DNA of 63,124 nucleotides, the filler included, from Octopus bimaculoides (taxonomy: Eukaryota): assembly GCF_001194135.2 (NCBI RefSeq). It is 4 parts of 4 records of this genome, joined end to end, with 100 filler letters (N's around TTAATTAATTAA, not from the genome) between each part and the next. Parts side by side here need not be neighbours in the genome. Positions count along the whole stretch, not along the records: positions 34,949 to 57,147 come from NC_068992.1; 3 more parts are not named here. One strand, 5' to 3'. Under the pieces are notes generated by a model. It searched no databases and was not told the origin of the DNA. It was given only the letters and a program-made list of their open reading frames with translations. Position numbers and translations under genes: made by a program. Numbering within the stretch: position 1 is the stretch's first letter; every line of letters starts with the position of its first letter. Below, piece by piece: positions 36,961 through 49,372 of the stretch.

Positions 36961-37244
36961 CACAGAACCTTCATTTGTCATTTACTTTACTTACAAGGTC
37001 ACATCTCCCAACAGTTAATAAAGGTAGAATAATCAGCCTATAGTTACGTTGTTGATATCCATACCTCCAGCAGAACATACCTGACAAGTTACCTACTTTT
37101 CTGAAGATCTGCTCAGTTTATAGGCTAAATGAGATTGAGAATTGTACACAGCTTTGCTTCCCTTACAACAAGACACTTATTTCTATCCCTCTAACGTACC
37201 TTAACCCCTCAGCACCTAACATAAAGCCACTTCTCTCAATACTA

Positions 37245-37480
37245 ATACTGCTCTGTTGAGGTGCCCTGTGAATTACTTGGCAGCCTCTCTAGTACAGTAC
37301 CACGTAAAAGCAATCAGCAATTCTGATTGGTATTAGGAAGGACATCTAGCTGTAGAAACCATGCCAAAGTAGGCAATGGAACTTGACACAGGCTTCTAGC
37401 TCATCAGCTCCTGTTGAACTATCCAACCCATACTAGCATGAAAAGCAAATGTCAAATGGTGAGGAGGATGATAATGATGA
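37245..37480 (+). mobile_element. SINE or RTE-derived 3' tail
   Basis: Ends ccaacccatactagcatgaaaagcaaatgtcaaatg followed by (gat)n. Related tails lie at 45210-45300 (+) and 45538-45635 (-). Confidence 0.6.
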
Positions 37481-38249
37481 TGGGGGGGGGGCAGATCACT
37501 TCCTGCTGTTTCAACATAGTTTTGTAATGATTTGAAATTCTTTATCACATATCCCAAATTATACATTCGAGCATCTTTACATATTTTCCTCTACCATATA
37601 AAACGTATGTAGGCATCATGTTTTATGTTTGAGACTCTTGCACATATTGCTCTTAGGTTCAGTATTTCTTCCCAAATTCTCTGTTTCTGGTCAAAAATCA
37701 TTTTACAATTAACTTAATGGGCTTAGTTCTTCATTTTTTTTATTGATGTATTTATACATTTGATGACTTTTTAATGAGTATTTTAAGAGTGCAATTCTGA
37801 GCTTTTAGTTTCTTTGATAACGAGACAAAGAGAGATTACTTCATCTAAGTTGGTTCGTGTGCATACACACACACATATTACATTACCTAAGACATGTTAT
37901 TCAATCTAGGTTGTAGAAGCTTTTTTAATGCTTCTGCTAGCATTTCCTTTGCTCCAGTTGCCTTTCCAATTTATCAATGACTTTACTGGCTTTATAACAC
38001 TGTATTTTTTTTAAAACTGAAAAGCAAATTAGATAATGTAGCCCAAATTACATTATGTCTATAAAACAAAACACATGGCAATTATGCTTAAAATGTCTTT
38101 GATTTTTGTGTCTGCTGGATCTGTGCAGTTCTTTGGGTTAAATAACAAATATAACAAATTCACACACGAGTCTCTTTTTGTTTTAAGATGCCACAAAATG
38201 TACAACATATAGGGATTCCAGTATTTTATTGCAACAATGCTAGGCCCAT

Positions 38250-38497
38250 GTGGAGGCGTGTAGTTTAGTGGTTAGGGTGTCAGCATCATGATCGTAAGAT
38301 TGTGGTTTCGATTCCTGGACCGGGCGACGCGTTGTGTTCTTGAGCAAAACACTTCATTTCACGTTGCTCCAGTCCACTCAGCTGGAAAAAATGAGTAATG
38401 CTGCGATGGACTGGCGTCCCATCCAGCTGTGGAACACATACGCCATTGAAACCTGGAAACCGGACCGATGAGCCTGGCTAGGCTTTAAAAGGGCGCA
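38250..38497 (+). mobile_element. tRNA-derived SINE with V-domain-like core (first unit of a head-to-tail pair)
   Basis: A box tagtttagtggttag, B box gtttcgattcc, core gctgcgatggactggcgtcccatccag, tail gagcctggctaggctttaaaagggcgca. Confidence 0.85.
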
Positions 38498-38498
38498 G

Positions 38499-38817
38499 GT
38501 GGAGGCGCAATGGCCCAGTGGTTAGGGCAGCGGACTCGCGGTCAGAGGATCGCGGTTTCGATTCCCAGACCGGGCGTTGTGTATGTTTATTGAGTGAAAA
38601 CACCTAAAGCTTCAAGAGGCTCCGGCAGGGGGTGGTGGCGACCCCTGTTGTACTCTTTTGCCCCAACTTTCTCTCACTCTTTCTTCCTGTTTCTTGAGTA
38701 ACGCTGCGATGGACTGGCGTCCCGTCCAGCTGGGGGTGGGGACATACGCCATAGAAACTGGGAAACAGGGCCCATGAGCCTGGCTAGGCTTTAAAAGGGC
38801 ACATAAATAAAAAAAAA
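38499..38817 (+). mobile_element. tRNA-derived SINE with V-domain-like core (second unit)
   Basis: A box tggcccagtggttag, B box gtttcgattccc, the same core and tail as the first unit, then an A-rich end. Confidence 0.88.
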
Positions 38818-39229
38818 TTCTAGTTCCATACTTTTTAAGGTTTATTATGATATTTTGTAACCCTTTTGAGCATGCGCATTTTTCAATTCTAGTTTTGACA
38901 TTGCTATCACCAACTCACCGAAATTAACATCAGTATCAAACTGTTACCATTATCTTCATGATAGTTGCTTAGTAATTGTATCGACAATATTAGCTTTCCA
39001 TGGATACTTAATGCTTTAGATTACTTGAATTCCATCAAATGTTGACATGATCTCCAAATGAATCTTTTTAGGGAAAGTTATAGCTTTTTCTTAACTGATC
39101 TATAAATAGATCTGCACAAAATAATTAAGTTTTCTGAAAATATAAATACCAATGAGGGATATATTCATATATTTCGCCAGTCAATGTATTTGGATATTTT
39201 GTCAATGAATATATTAAGATTTGTCTCCA

Positions 39230-39645
39230 GTGCATATATTTTCCGACAAGTGAATATTCTGGACTATTTCATATGTCAATGTAAAGTGTAGGTATCGACA
39301 TGAACACATCTATGGCTGCATGATTCAGAATTTTGCTAAGCAATTGTGTGGCTTCCAGTTTAACCTGAAGGCAAAGAAGTTCCTGAACAAGATGAGGCAT
39401 CCTGTTGAGCTGGAAATGATCCGGCTATTCTAGGATGAAAAAACCATCACTACACTTTCCAACTGGATTCCTAAATGCAACTAACTGCGACTCTGGATAT
39501 TCGATGTTTATCAAAAACAGATGCTAAATGATGATGATATATTAATTTTTGCAACGGAAGATTGACGGAAACTTTGACATTTCAGTCTATTATCCATCTA
39601 CAGACTGATGATGGCTAGTAAGCCAAAACCTTGAGGTCACAATGA
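39230..39645 (+). mobile_element. Degenerate PLE 3' end with hammerhead-like motif
   Basis: Weak GIY-YIG remnants (NIL.YFICQCK, VA..FN, P.GFLN), followed by CTGATGA-T-GGCT-agta-AGCC-AAAAC-CTTGAG-GTC at 39605-39638. Confidence 0.4.
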
Positions 39646-40007
39646 GCATTTTCCTTGTTAAATTGAATATATCGAAGAGTTTCACATTATCCTTCAGTTT
39701 AATGTTTGGCTGTTTTCATATACAACTTTACTTAAAAATAAACATGGAGATATATATACATATTTAAAAAAATCTCATATTTCAATTTGTTTTGTGACAC
39801 TGTTACTGTCAAAACATTGCTAAATTTTTCTCACCATTAAATACTCTTCATTAAATATTAAAGCATATACAGAGGGAGGTGGGGAGAGATAAGATTGATG
39901 AAATGTGTGTATAAAAGAAAGTTATTTATTAAACTACATCAGTATGGTATGTTTGTATTTCATATCCTTATAAATGCTTAAACACAGAACAGACTCTTTA
40001 ACTGACC

Positions 40008-40008
<1 letters not shown>

Positions 40009-40103
<95 letters not shown>
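40009..40103. repeat. Long pure (TG)n microsatellite
   Basis: Directly visible in the sequence. Confidence 0.97.
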
Positions 40104-40105
<2 letters not shown>

Positions 40106-40544
40106 TAAACATACATTAAAACTTGTATTTTATGAAAGAATCGAAATTTTTTTACCCCTTTCCATCACCACATCATACTGTCATTCTCTCAGTGATTGAC
40201 TATTTAACCATTTATCTCTCCACTTGATTTATTTAACATAGCAACCACATTTTTCTCTGAATTGAAGCATCACACATGACATGTCTCCTGTTGTGAACCT
40301 TATGACATTATTGACCAAATCAAATAAAGACAGATTGATTGCAATAAAAATATTGATTGAATAAAAAAGATGATGTTCAAACGAAACAGAATTACTAGAT
40401 GAAGTGATTTGCTTGGTCAGTGCGTTTTTATTAGTCTTTTCAAAAAGATAACTCTGTTCTATGGTGTAAGTTTCCTTAAATAGGGCTAACGGGATTTACT
40501 CAACAACAATTACCAGTACCCTGCCATTATCTCTATTACTGCCA

Positions 40545-41000
40545 ACTGTCTTCTTTTGTTGTTGTTTGTCTGCTCTCATTGTTGTCTATTCCGTCTTTGT
40601 CATCTGTTTCCTATCAATGTCATCTGTTCCTTCTAAATATTGTCTCCTCCCTTTCAGTGTCTCTTCAAATCCTGTCTCTATCATTTCCTTTTTACTGTCA
40701 TTTCTTCTCATTTACCATTTCTTCTTTATTGTTGTCTCTTCTGTGTTACTGTCGTCACTTTTCTAATATCATCATCTTATCATTCCTTTCGTCATGTCCT
40801 CTCTATCTCGTATCATCAGCTGTTTCCAATGTCATTGTTATTTACACTCTATCATTGTCTTCTTTATCTTATATTGTCCATGTCACCGTCATTTCTTTCT
40901 CTATCACTGTCATCTCTTCTCCATCATTGTCGTCTGCTCTGTGTGTTGTCATTGTCTGCTATTGTCCACGTCATTCTCTTTCTTATCAATGTGTTTGGCA
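40545..41000. repeat. Degenerate T/C-rich trinucleotide low-complexity tract (tca/ttg/tct)
   Basis: Open in several frames only because stop codons are scarce in this composition. Confidence 0.75.
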
Positions 41001-42046
41001 AAGTCAAATATCACAGTAGTCTCTCCCACACTATTCAGGTTGTATTGTATTCAGGTCGGCATCAGTGCAGTCAAGCTCATCTCATGCATCTCTCAGGTTT
41101 GTACCACTTTTACTTCAACATAAGGCTGTTTTTGCGTTTGTTGTCTTTAGTTTTCTTTGGTTTCTTAACTCATTTAACCCAGTTGAAATTTAACTATTAA
41201 CTCGAGGGGCTTGGTTTAAACAGCTTGCTTGCTTGCATGCTTTGATTTTGACATGTTTTACTACTCTGATCTTGTGTTTTTTTTCCTTTTTCTAACAAAT
41301 ATATTGCTTGTTCATCAATACTTTGGAATCAGTCATTCATGTTTTTTCTCTGTTTTTCTCCTTATTCCTAATACTACTAATATTACTACAATTAACACCA
41401 ATACTTCTACTGTTGATACTATTACTGCTAACAACAATAATACTAACAGGAATGATACTGGCAGAAATAATGCTTCCATATTCTATGCCTTGCTCATTTT
41501 TCTTCTTGCTTATATCTTTCTACTAATCAACAATTTGTTTCATTTTTGCATTTGGTTTGCAAGATTCTTGATGTGAACTCATACATTGAAACATATTTTG
41601 TTGTCTCAAAGGAAGGTCATTGTGCCAATAATAAACACACACACACTGGTTGTCTTTCACTTCTTTTATTCTTATAAGTCAATAGTTAATCATTTAACCA
41701 ATTGACTAATTGCTTATTTGGCTAATCCTATGGTTAACCAATCAACCAGCGGGGGTTTGGCAAAGTCCTTTCATTACCATTTATGACTTCATTAATGACA
41801 TGCCCCCACCCCACTATTTCAGGTCTCTCTGTCGCAGTGACAAACAAAACTAAAACAAACCTGGAGTGGAGGGGGGGGGGCTTGTCAGGGACAAGGTCTG
41901 GAATGGCAATAAAAAGACTGACAAACTTAGCTGACAGATTGAATGATTGAGTAACCAAAGAATTAATCAACTAATCAATTAGCTAATTGATTAAATTATT
42001 AACCAATTGACTAATAATAATAATGATAATAATAATAATAATGATG

Positions 42047-42087
<41 letters not shown>

Positions 42088-42417
42088 CCTTTCTTTCATA
42101 AGCACAAGGCCTAAAATTTTGTGGGAGGGGACTAGTTGATTACATCGACCCCAGAATGTCACTGTTACTTAGCAATAATAAAGAAATGAAATGGAACCAG
42201 TGCATGAGTTTATTATTGGCATAATGACTCTCCAGAGATACAACAAAACCGTTTCTTAGTCTCTATATTTTCTACTTCATTTCACTGTCTGTTGTATGTG
42301 AGACTGATAAAGAAATGGGAAAAGACAGGGAAGTCCCTTCTCTTCTTCCTCTTTTTTCCCCTCTTTATCACTTTTATGAAGTTATTTCTATTGTAATTTT
42401 TTTCAAAATTTATTATT

Positions 42418-42510
<93 letters not shown>

Positions 42511-42590
42511 CTCTATCTCTCTTTTACTCACACACACACATACATACATACAAATGCACACAGATAGATACATACAAACACAAACAGATG

Positions 42591-42639
<49 letters not shown>

Positions 42640-42745
42640 CGATAGATGTGCAAACATATTATCTTCTTTGTTTTTCTTCTGTTGCATGCTGGAATGCATG
42701 TTCTATTATTGTTAGCATGAAAGAAGTTTTACAATAAATACTAAT

Positions 42746-42781
<36 letters not shown>

Positions 42782-42889
42782 GCCTTTGAATGCTTCTTGA
42801 GTTTGTAAGTAACATTAGTGTTTATTTTTTATCACTATAACTAATATTATCAATATTATCAATATAACTAATATTATCAATGAGGATTG

Positions 42890-43340
42890 TATTTTACATA
42901 AGGCTTGAACCTGTGTGTTCGGTGGGTTGTTTCTTTTTAATTTAGCTTTATTTAGAGATATTTCCTGGCACTGATGGAATCAGTCTTTTAAATAAACCTT
43001 AGTAAAGATTACCCAGCAATGAAAGGAGTGCTATTTATCCGCAGTTAGCAAAACAGATTTGTCTCCTTTGTTTTATAGATGTTATGGTATATACTCAGGT
43101 GTATACCATTATTCCATGCAACCCCTGATTCCGTGCATCTTTGATGTAGTGATTAATCACCATGCCACCTTCATGTTCTCTCCTGGAATGTTGTCCAGTC
43201 CAGAATTTTTCTACGTTTTAGTGTTTTTTATAACAGCACTAAATTTGGCAAATGTCACTTGTTCATCAATCCAATTGATTACCAAGTTTTCACAAAATCT
43301 TTCCATGACTGCAGAATCTATTGATATAGTTTGGTTTAGA
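42890..43340 (-). mobile_element. RTE-clade LINE fragment (start of RT domain)
   Basis: Minus strand gives SGLDNIPGE, KGDKSV...N.G.IALLSLLG...F.RL, matching the RTE pattern GPD.IP.E...KGD.S.C.NYRGISLLS..GK. Confidence 0.65.
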
Positions 43341-44402
43341 ATCTACTTGAAGTATTCTTATTAGTACTCTACTATTGCTAACAAATGTATGAGTGTAGAT
43401 ATATCATCTGATATATATTAAGGAATAATTTCTAGGACCATAGAAGGTAGGTCTCTATTTCCTCATACAAAATATTCATGTCATACTTGTCTGTATGTAT
43501 CTGGATTTCTTCAGTAGTGATTTCTCATCTTATCCTAAAAGCTGAATAGCAGTCTACGGCAAGCCATGGCAACCCATCGTTCAGTATTTAGGGAAGGATA
43601 GAAGACTACTGCTGTTTTGAAAGTGTGATTAATAAATTATCCATAGTTGCTCTTTGGGTCTTTGTTCCTGTCATTCATGAACATGCTGATTTGAGTTCTA
43701 TTGTACCAGTTTTTATGTAGTTTGGGAATCAGATACATTATCTGGAATCAGATTATTTCAACAGCAGTATCACTGTGTGCTTAACTTAAAGAGGAACCAT
43801 TTATCATCCATGCCAATTCACAAGGCATTGAATACCTCTGAAGCATTAAGTTCTATTTAAAAATTGCATGGTATTATTTAATAATATATCAACAATTTAT
43901 TTAAAATATTTGTTGAATGCTAACAGAGATATTAAGCTGCATGAATTCTTTAAAGGTGGTGCATGTTCTGAATATAAGCAGTTTGATCATTCAATTAAAT
44001 CTTTCTGCATGCTTCACTATATATCTTTTTTCAGCATGCTAAAGCAATCATCTCATTTGAGCATGAGATTTCATATACTCTTGGATTTTAAATATATTTA
44101 TTTTTTAAATTTTTAATCTCATAAATTCTCCATAAGCTCTTAGTATTTATGATAATAATAATTCTTATTTTTAATAATAATAATTAATGATAATTAATAA
44201 TGCATATCTGTAATTAATGTTTTAATGCTATATAAAATTTTATCAAAACATAAAATAATTGTAATGTTCATAATGAAATCTGTAATTATGTTGCTGATTT
44301 ATATATATATATTGATATCCATTCATTGCTAAATGATATATGAATTTAATGTATTCCTTTTTATGAAACATCTAAATAAGCACTGCAGTATACATACATA
44401 CA

Positions 44403-44433
<31 letters not shown>

Positions 44434-45295
44434 TGTTTTGATTTATATTTTTTAACAGGTCTCTATTGTAAAAGATTTACGTATTTAAATGACAATTATA
44501 GATAATCTACACATCAAGTACTTCTGCTCCAAATTTAAAATCATTTTTAGATTTTTTTTTATCAAATGTTTGTTGTTTTTTGACATTTGCTTTTCTTTCA
44601 TTTGCTATCTTAAAATACATATACGACAAATCTATTTAAAATATTTTATCTTCGATTTAAATCTAATGCTTTAATTTAAGGACAGGAATTGATATTTGCA
44701 CTATCATCATCATGATCACATTTCAGTTAATTACAAAGTATTTAGTTTTGTTGCTTTATTTCTTTGATTGGAGGTTTTTATTTTATTTCAGGGTGTTTTT
44801 GTATGTATTTTTTATTTTCTTATTGTCATTTTCATTAATTTGAATTTGTCTTCTCTAAGCTATCCTGTGATTAAATCCACTTCAAAAGTGTTTGGTTCTG
44901 GGTTTCAGCTTATTAGGTGAGACATTGGACAAATGTCTTCTCTAACAGTCTCTGGCTGCCAATACCATGTGAGTGAAATCTCGAAGGAAAGGCCACAGAA
45001 TCTCACTATATATAAATAAATTGAGAGAATGGAGCAGGTAAAATCCAGCCTACATATGCTTCCTAGCTAGCAGAACCTTGGAAGTAATTATTACTCAATG
45101 AGGGGTACACTTCTAGCTACTCATCAGGCCAAAGATACCTTAGTTAAATGAAGGTTATATGGTCTTCAGGGAATCGTGCAAGTGGTTGGAATTAGGAAAG
45201 ATCCATCCATAGAAACCAGGCCAAATCAGACTGGAACCAATTCCAGTCAAACCATCTAGCCCATGTCAGCATGGAAAGCAGACACTAAATGATGA

Positions 45296-45356
<61 letters not shown>

Positions 45357-45809
45357 CACTGTAGATAATGATAATTGTGAGCTTTAAGCATTCACCTTGT
45401 ATTGGCTAAAGAAAATGCTCTAATATTGGGACATATCAGTCCTTGACAGAAAAAAAAGTATAAAAACATATAAAGTTTATGATTATCAGAATTTTCATTC
45501 GCCACTGTTTTTTCATTTAATGCAGAATATATATATATCATCATCATCATCATCATCATCGTTTAATGTCCGCTTTCCATGCTAGCATGGGTTGGACGAT
45601 TTGACTGAGGACTGGTGAAACCAGATGGCAACACCATGGATACCCTTAATATATGCATATATCCATACATATATGTATATACCTACATCTATATGTATAC
45701 ATACATGCATACATAAGTACAGGACATCATTATTCAACCAGGGTTCTAGATTTTGGAAATCCTCCCAAATGCAACCAAGTATAAAAATTTCAAAGTTAGT
45801 CATGGGTGA

Positions 45810-46115
45810 GTGGAGGCACATGGCCTAGTGGCTAGAGCAGTGGACTCATGGTCGAAGGATCACAGGTTAGAATCTCAGACCGAATGATGTGTGTGTTTAT
45901 GAGCGAAACACCTAAGCTCCACGCAGCTCTAGCAGAAGGTAATGATGAACATCTGCTGACTCTTTCACCACAAATTTCTCTCACTCTTTCCTCCTGCATC
46001 TAGCAGCTCACCTGCAACAGACTGGCATCCTGTCCAGGTGGAGAAGCTATATGCCAATGAAACCGGGACACCAGCCCTTTTGAGCCAGGCATGGCTCGAG
46101 AAAGAACAAATAGCA
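45810..46115 (+). mobile_element. Diverged SINE of the 38499-38817 family
   Basis: gtggaggcacatggcctagtggctagagcagtggactc...aaacacctaagctc...ctctcactctttc...gactggcatcctgtccag. Confidence 0.8.
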
Positions 46116-47688
46116 ACAACAGTCATGGGTGAACTTTTTTGATCGACTTCAAAAAAACATTAATTTTCATTGTTTTCTAGCAAAAGCTCATCAGAACATG
46201 ATACAGGACTAAGGATTTGCAAAGAAGTTGTATTCCTAATACATNNNNNNNNNNNNNNNNNNNNNNNNNNNNNNNNNNNNNNNNNNNNNNNNNNNNNNNN
46301 NNNNNNNNNNNNNNNNNNNNNNNNNNNNNNNNNNNNNNNNNNNNNNNNNNNNNNNNNNNNNNNNNNNNTATATATATATAACGTGTGTTTGCCTTTGTTC
46401 CTATCACCGTTTGACAACTGGTGTTATTTTGTTAACATTAATGTAGCTTAGGGGTTCAGCAAATGAGGCTGATAAAATATGTACCAGACTTTAATAAAAG
46501 TCCTGGGGTGGATTTCTTTTTACCAATTCCTTAAAGGCAGTGACCTAGCATGGTCACGGTCCAATGATTGCAACAAGTAAAAGGTAAAAGATGTATGTAG
46601 GAGAAAGGGAATTGCACTTTGTGTGTGTGTGTGCACATGCATGCGTGCACATGCGTGCGTGCACAAGATTGTGAATTAGAGAGAGAAGATATGATTGCAA
46701 TGAAGCGGTTGAGTGGGAAAGCAGGGCTATTTCATGTTAAATGTACTTTCAGAGTGGTTATTGATTAAATCATGGTAGGTTGGTTTTTGTAATTTGAGTT
46801 GTAACATTTCATTGATGAGTTAACAATAACTTACTGAGAGAAAAGATAGTAAATATTCTCTGAAACTTTCATTGTAACACTAACTATTCAGCCATAATTT
46901 TGCTTCAGATACTGAAAATATTCAGTAATTTTATTATTTTTCAGTGTATGTGTGTGTGTGTGTGTGTGTGTGTATTGAAATGTATCCTTTTAATTTTTTA
47001 AAAAAGTTTGTTTTAATAGGGTTTTTTATGGCCCTAAAGATTTAGAGATTTTTTTCACACATGCACACACACACATGCATACACACCACACGCACACACA
47101 CATGCACACACATATACACACATGCATAAATGCATGGTCTTTCCTGGAGAGAAGAGAGTTGTTGGGCAGGAGTATATATAGGCATGTAATAGTATAAACA
47201 ATGAAAAGTGTACTCAATACTAATCCAGTGGAGTAAACATATTATTGCAAAACTTACTAGTTGTCTGTATTGGAAATAGGGTTTGCTGATTTACAGTCAA
47301 GTAGATTCTCTCTCGCCCTCTCTCCCCCTCTCTCTCTCTCTCTCACACACACAGATGCATACACACATTTACATATACACAGACATCTGCCCATAGAAAA
47401 TCTGTCTTAATAAACTCCATCCAACTCGTGCAAGTATGGGAACATGGATATTAAAACTAACGTGATGACATTGATAATACATATACACATTCGCACTCAC
47501 ACATAAAAATAACACCACACATGCTTACATATATATATATGAATAAACACACACATATATGTGCATACTACACATTTTTTCTCTTTTCTTTCTTTCTTTC
47601 TTTCTCTTTTATTCCCTTTCTTTTTCTTACACATACACTCCCTCCTGATATCTAACTCTTTCTGTCCCTCGCTTTTGTTTTTCATCAG

Positions 47689-47780
47689 ATTCCGTCACGC
47701 TGCCTTCAATGTACTTCTTGGGCGAAGGAAAACTACCCGACGCCACAGTGCCGGACAAATCGAACATGTTTATATTGGCG
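47689..47780 (+). CDS. Candidate coding exon (FRHAAFNVLLGRRKTTRRHSAGQIEHVYIG), unidentified protein
   Basis: Strong acceptor gcttttgtttttcatcag. GC/CpG-rich open island in an AT-rich background. Donor GCG|gtaact, or an in-frame stop at 47831-47833. Confidence 0.45.
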
Positions 47781-48929
47781 GTAACTATCAGGATTTTCTT
47801 TCAAATTTCTTTACAAATCACTTTGTATTTTAATTTTCCTTTGTCATCTATGTATTTCTTTTGCATTCAAATTATTCCAGTTCATTAAAATCTAATCAAA
47901 TTACTATTAACATATCTAATGCATGAAACATTTCAAAGCTAATGTAAACTATATATGTAAAGAGAAAAATATAATGTTAGTCAATGACTAATAATATATT
48001 CAGATTTTTCTTCTTTTTTTTTTACCAATAAGGTAAACAACTTTGAATTTGTTTAAGCCTTATTGTAACCTCATTATTGTAGCATAGTCTTATAGAAAGG
48101 TTGACAAGTAAACATCAGTCAATGTAAAAAAAATCAGCAAGTACAATGAAGATCATTCTAATAATGATATGTTAGCTTGTTAGCTTATAGTTGGTTTTAC
48201 ATTAAGTATATTAACACTGACTTACCTTTTCTTTCTCATATATCCACACATGGTGTTTTGATATTTTTTCTCTACTCTCTGAATAATTGTAGTTTTTCTA
48301 CACCAATCAATGCTTAAATTTTGTATAGTTTCTCAGTAATACTTTCATCACCCCTGTGGCAAGTATGATGAAGTTTATGCTTCAATAATGCATTCATAAT
48401 ATGACTGTATTATAGCCAAAGTTGTTTGTCATCCTTGTTGGAAAATTCAAAAGAATAATACTTCACATTAGCTAATATTGTCTTTATTCTCACAACGTAT
48501 ATATTTATCATTAGGCTTTTGATGTTCCATACATTAAATATGTTAATACTAATATATTATATTTAGAGAAAATAATATGTTAATATTCACACATTATTTT
48601 TTCAAGTTGATGACTTATTTAACGAATACATATATACAATTAATAGCTTTTACAATAAAAGCATTTTTAGTTCATTTTAAGTGTTATAAACATAATGTCC
48701 ACTGTTGTTCACATTTATTTATCTTTTGTTGAAGATTTTGTTATTTATGTTTATTTTATCTTGCTGTTGTTGTTATTATTATTATTATTATTATCATTAT
48801 TATCATTATTATTATTCATATATATATAATATATACATGTATATTATATATAACATATAATTTATATATATATTATATACAATATATATATGTACATTAT
48901 ATATAACATATATATAATATATATAAATT

Positions 48930-49197
48930 CACCATTGGTTTCAACTACAGCCTCCAGATGTCTTTCGAATCTCCTGCGACTCTTCTGGACGGTCTCCTTG
49001 TTTAAGTTGGTGAATCCTTGCCTTCAGTTCATCTTTGGTGTTACAAAGAGTTTTGTTGGTCTCTCGCTCAGCTGCGCCCCACACATAAGAATCAAGGGGG
49101 CTGCATTCTGAGGAGTTAGGTGGCCAGATGTTAGGGGTGATGTGGTCACAGAAATCGTCTGATAGCCACGACAATTGTCTGATAGTCACAGAAATTG
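48930..49197 (-). mobile_element. Tc1/mariner superfamily (maT/DD37D-like) transposase 3' fragment
   Basis: Peptide ITPNIWPPNSSECSPLDSYVWGAAERETNKTLCNTKDELKARI, which matches the WPPNSPDCNPLDYYVW motif. Confidence 0.8.
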
Positions 49198-49285
49198 TCT
49201 AGGTAGATAGATAGATAGATATAGATATAAAATTGAATATAATCTATATATAATATATAGAATATATATATATGGAATATATAGA

Positions 49286-49372
<87 letters not shown>

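Noticed and set aside
38250-38575. tRNA genes at the SINE heads
   Set aside because: A and B boxes are present but no closed acceptor stem, and the sequence continues into SINE body.
44860-44916. Exon candidate phase-compatible with 47689
   Set aside because: The sequence overlaps a degenerate SINE head (tggttctgggtt...ttggacaaatgtcttct).
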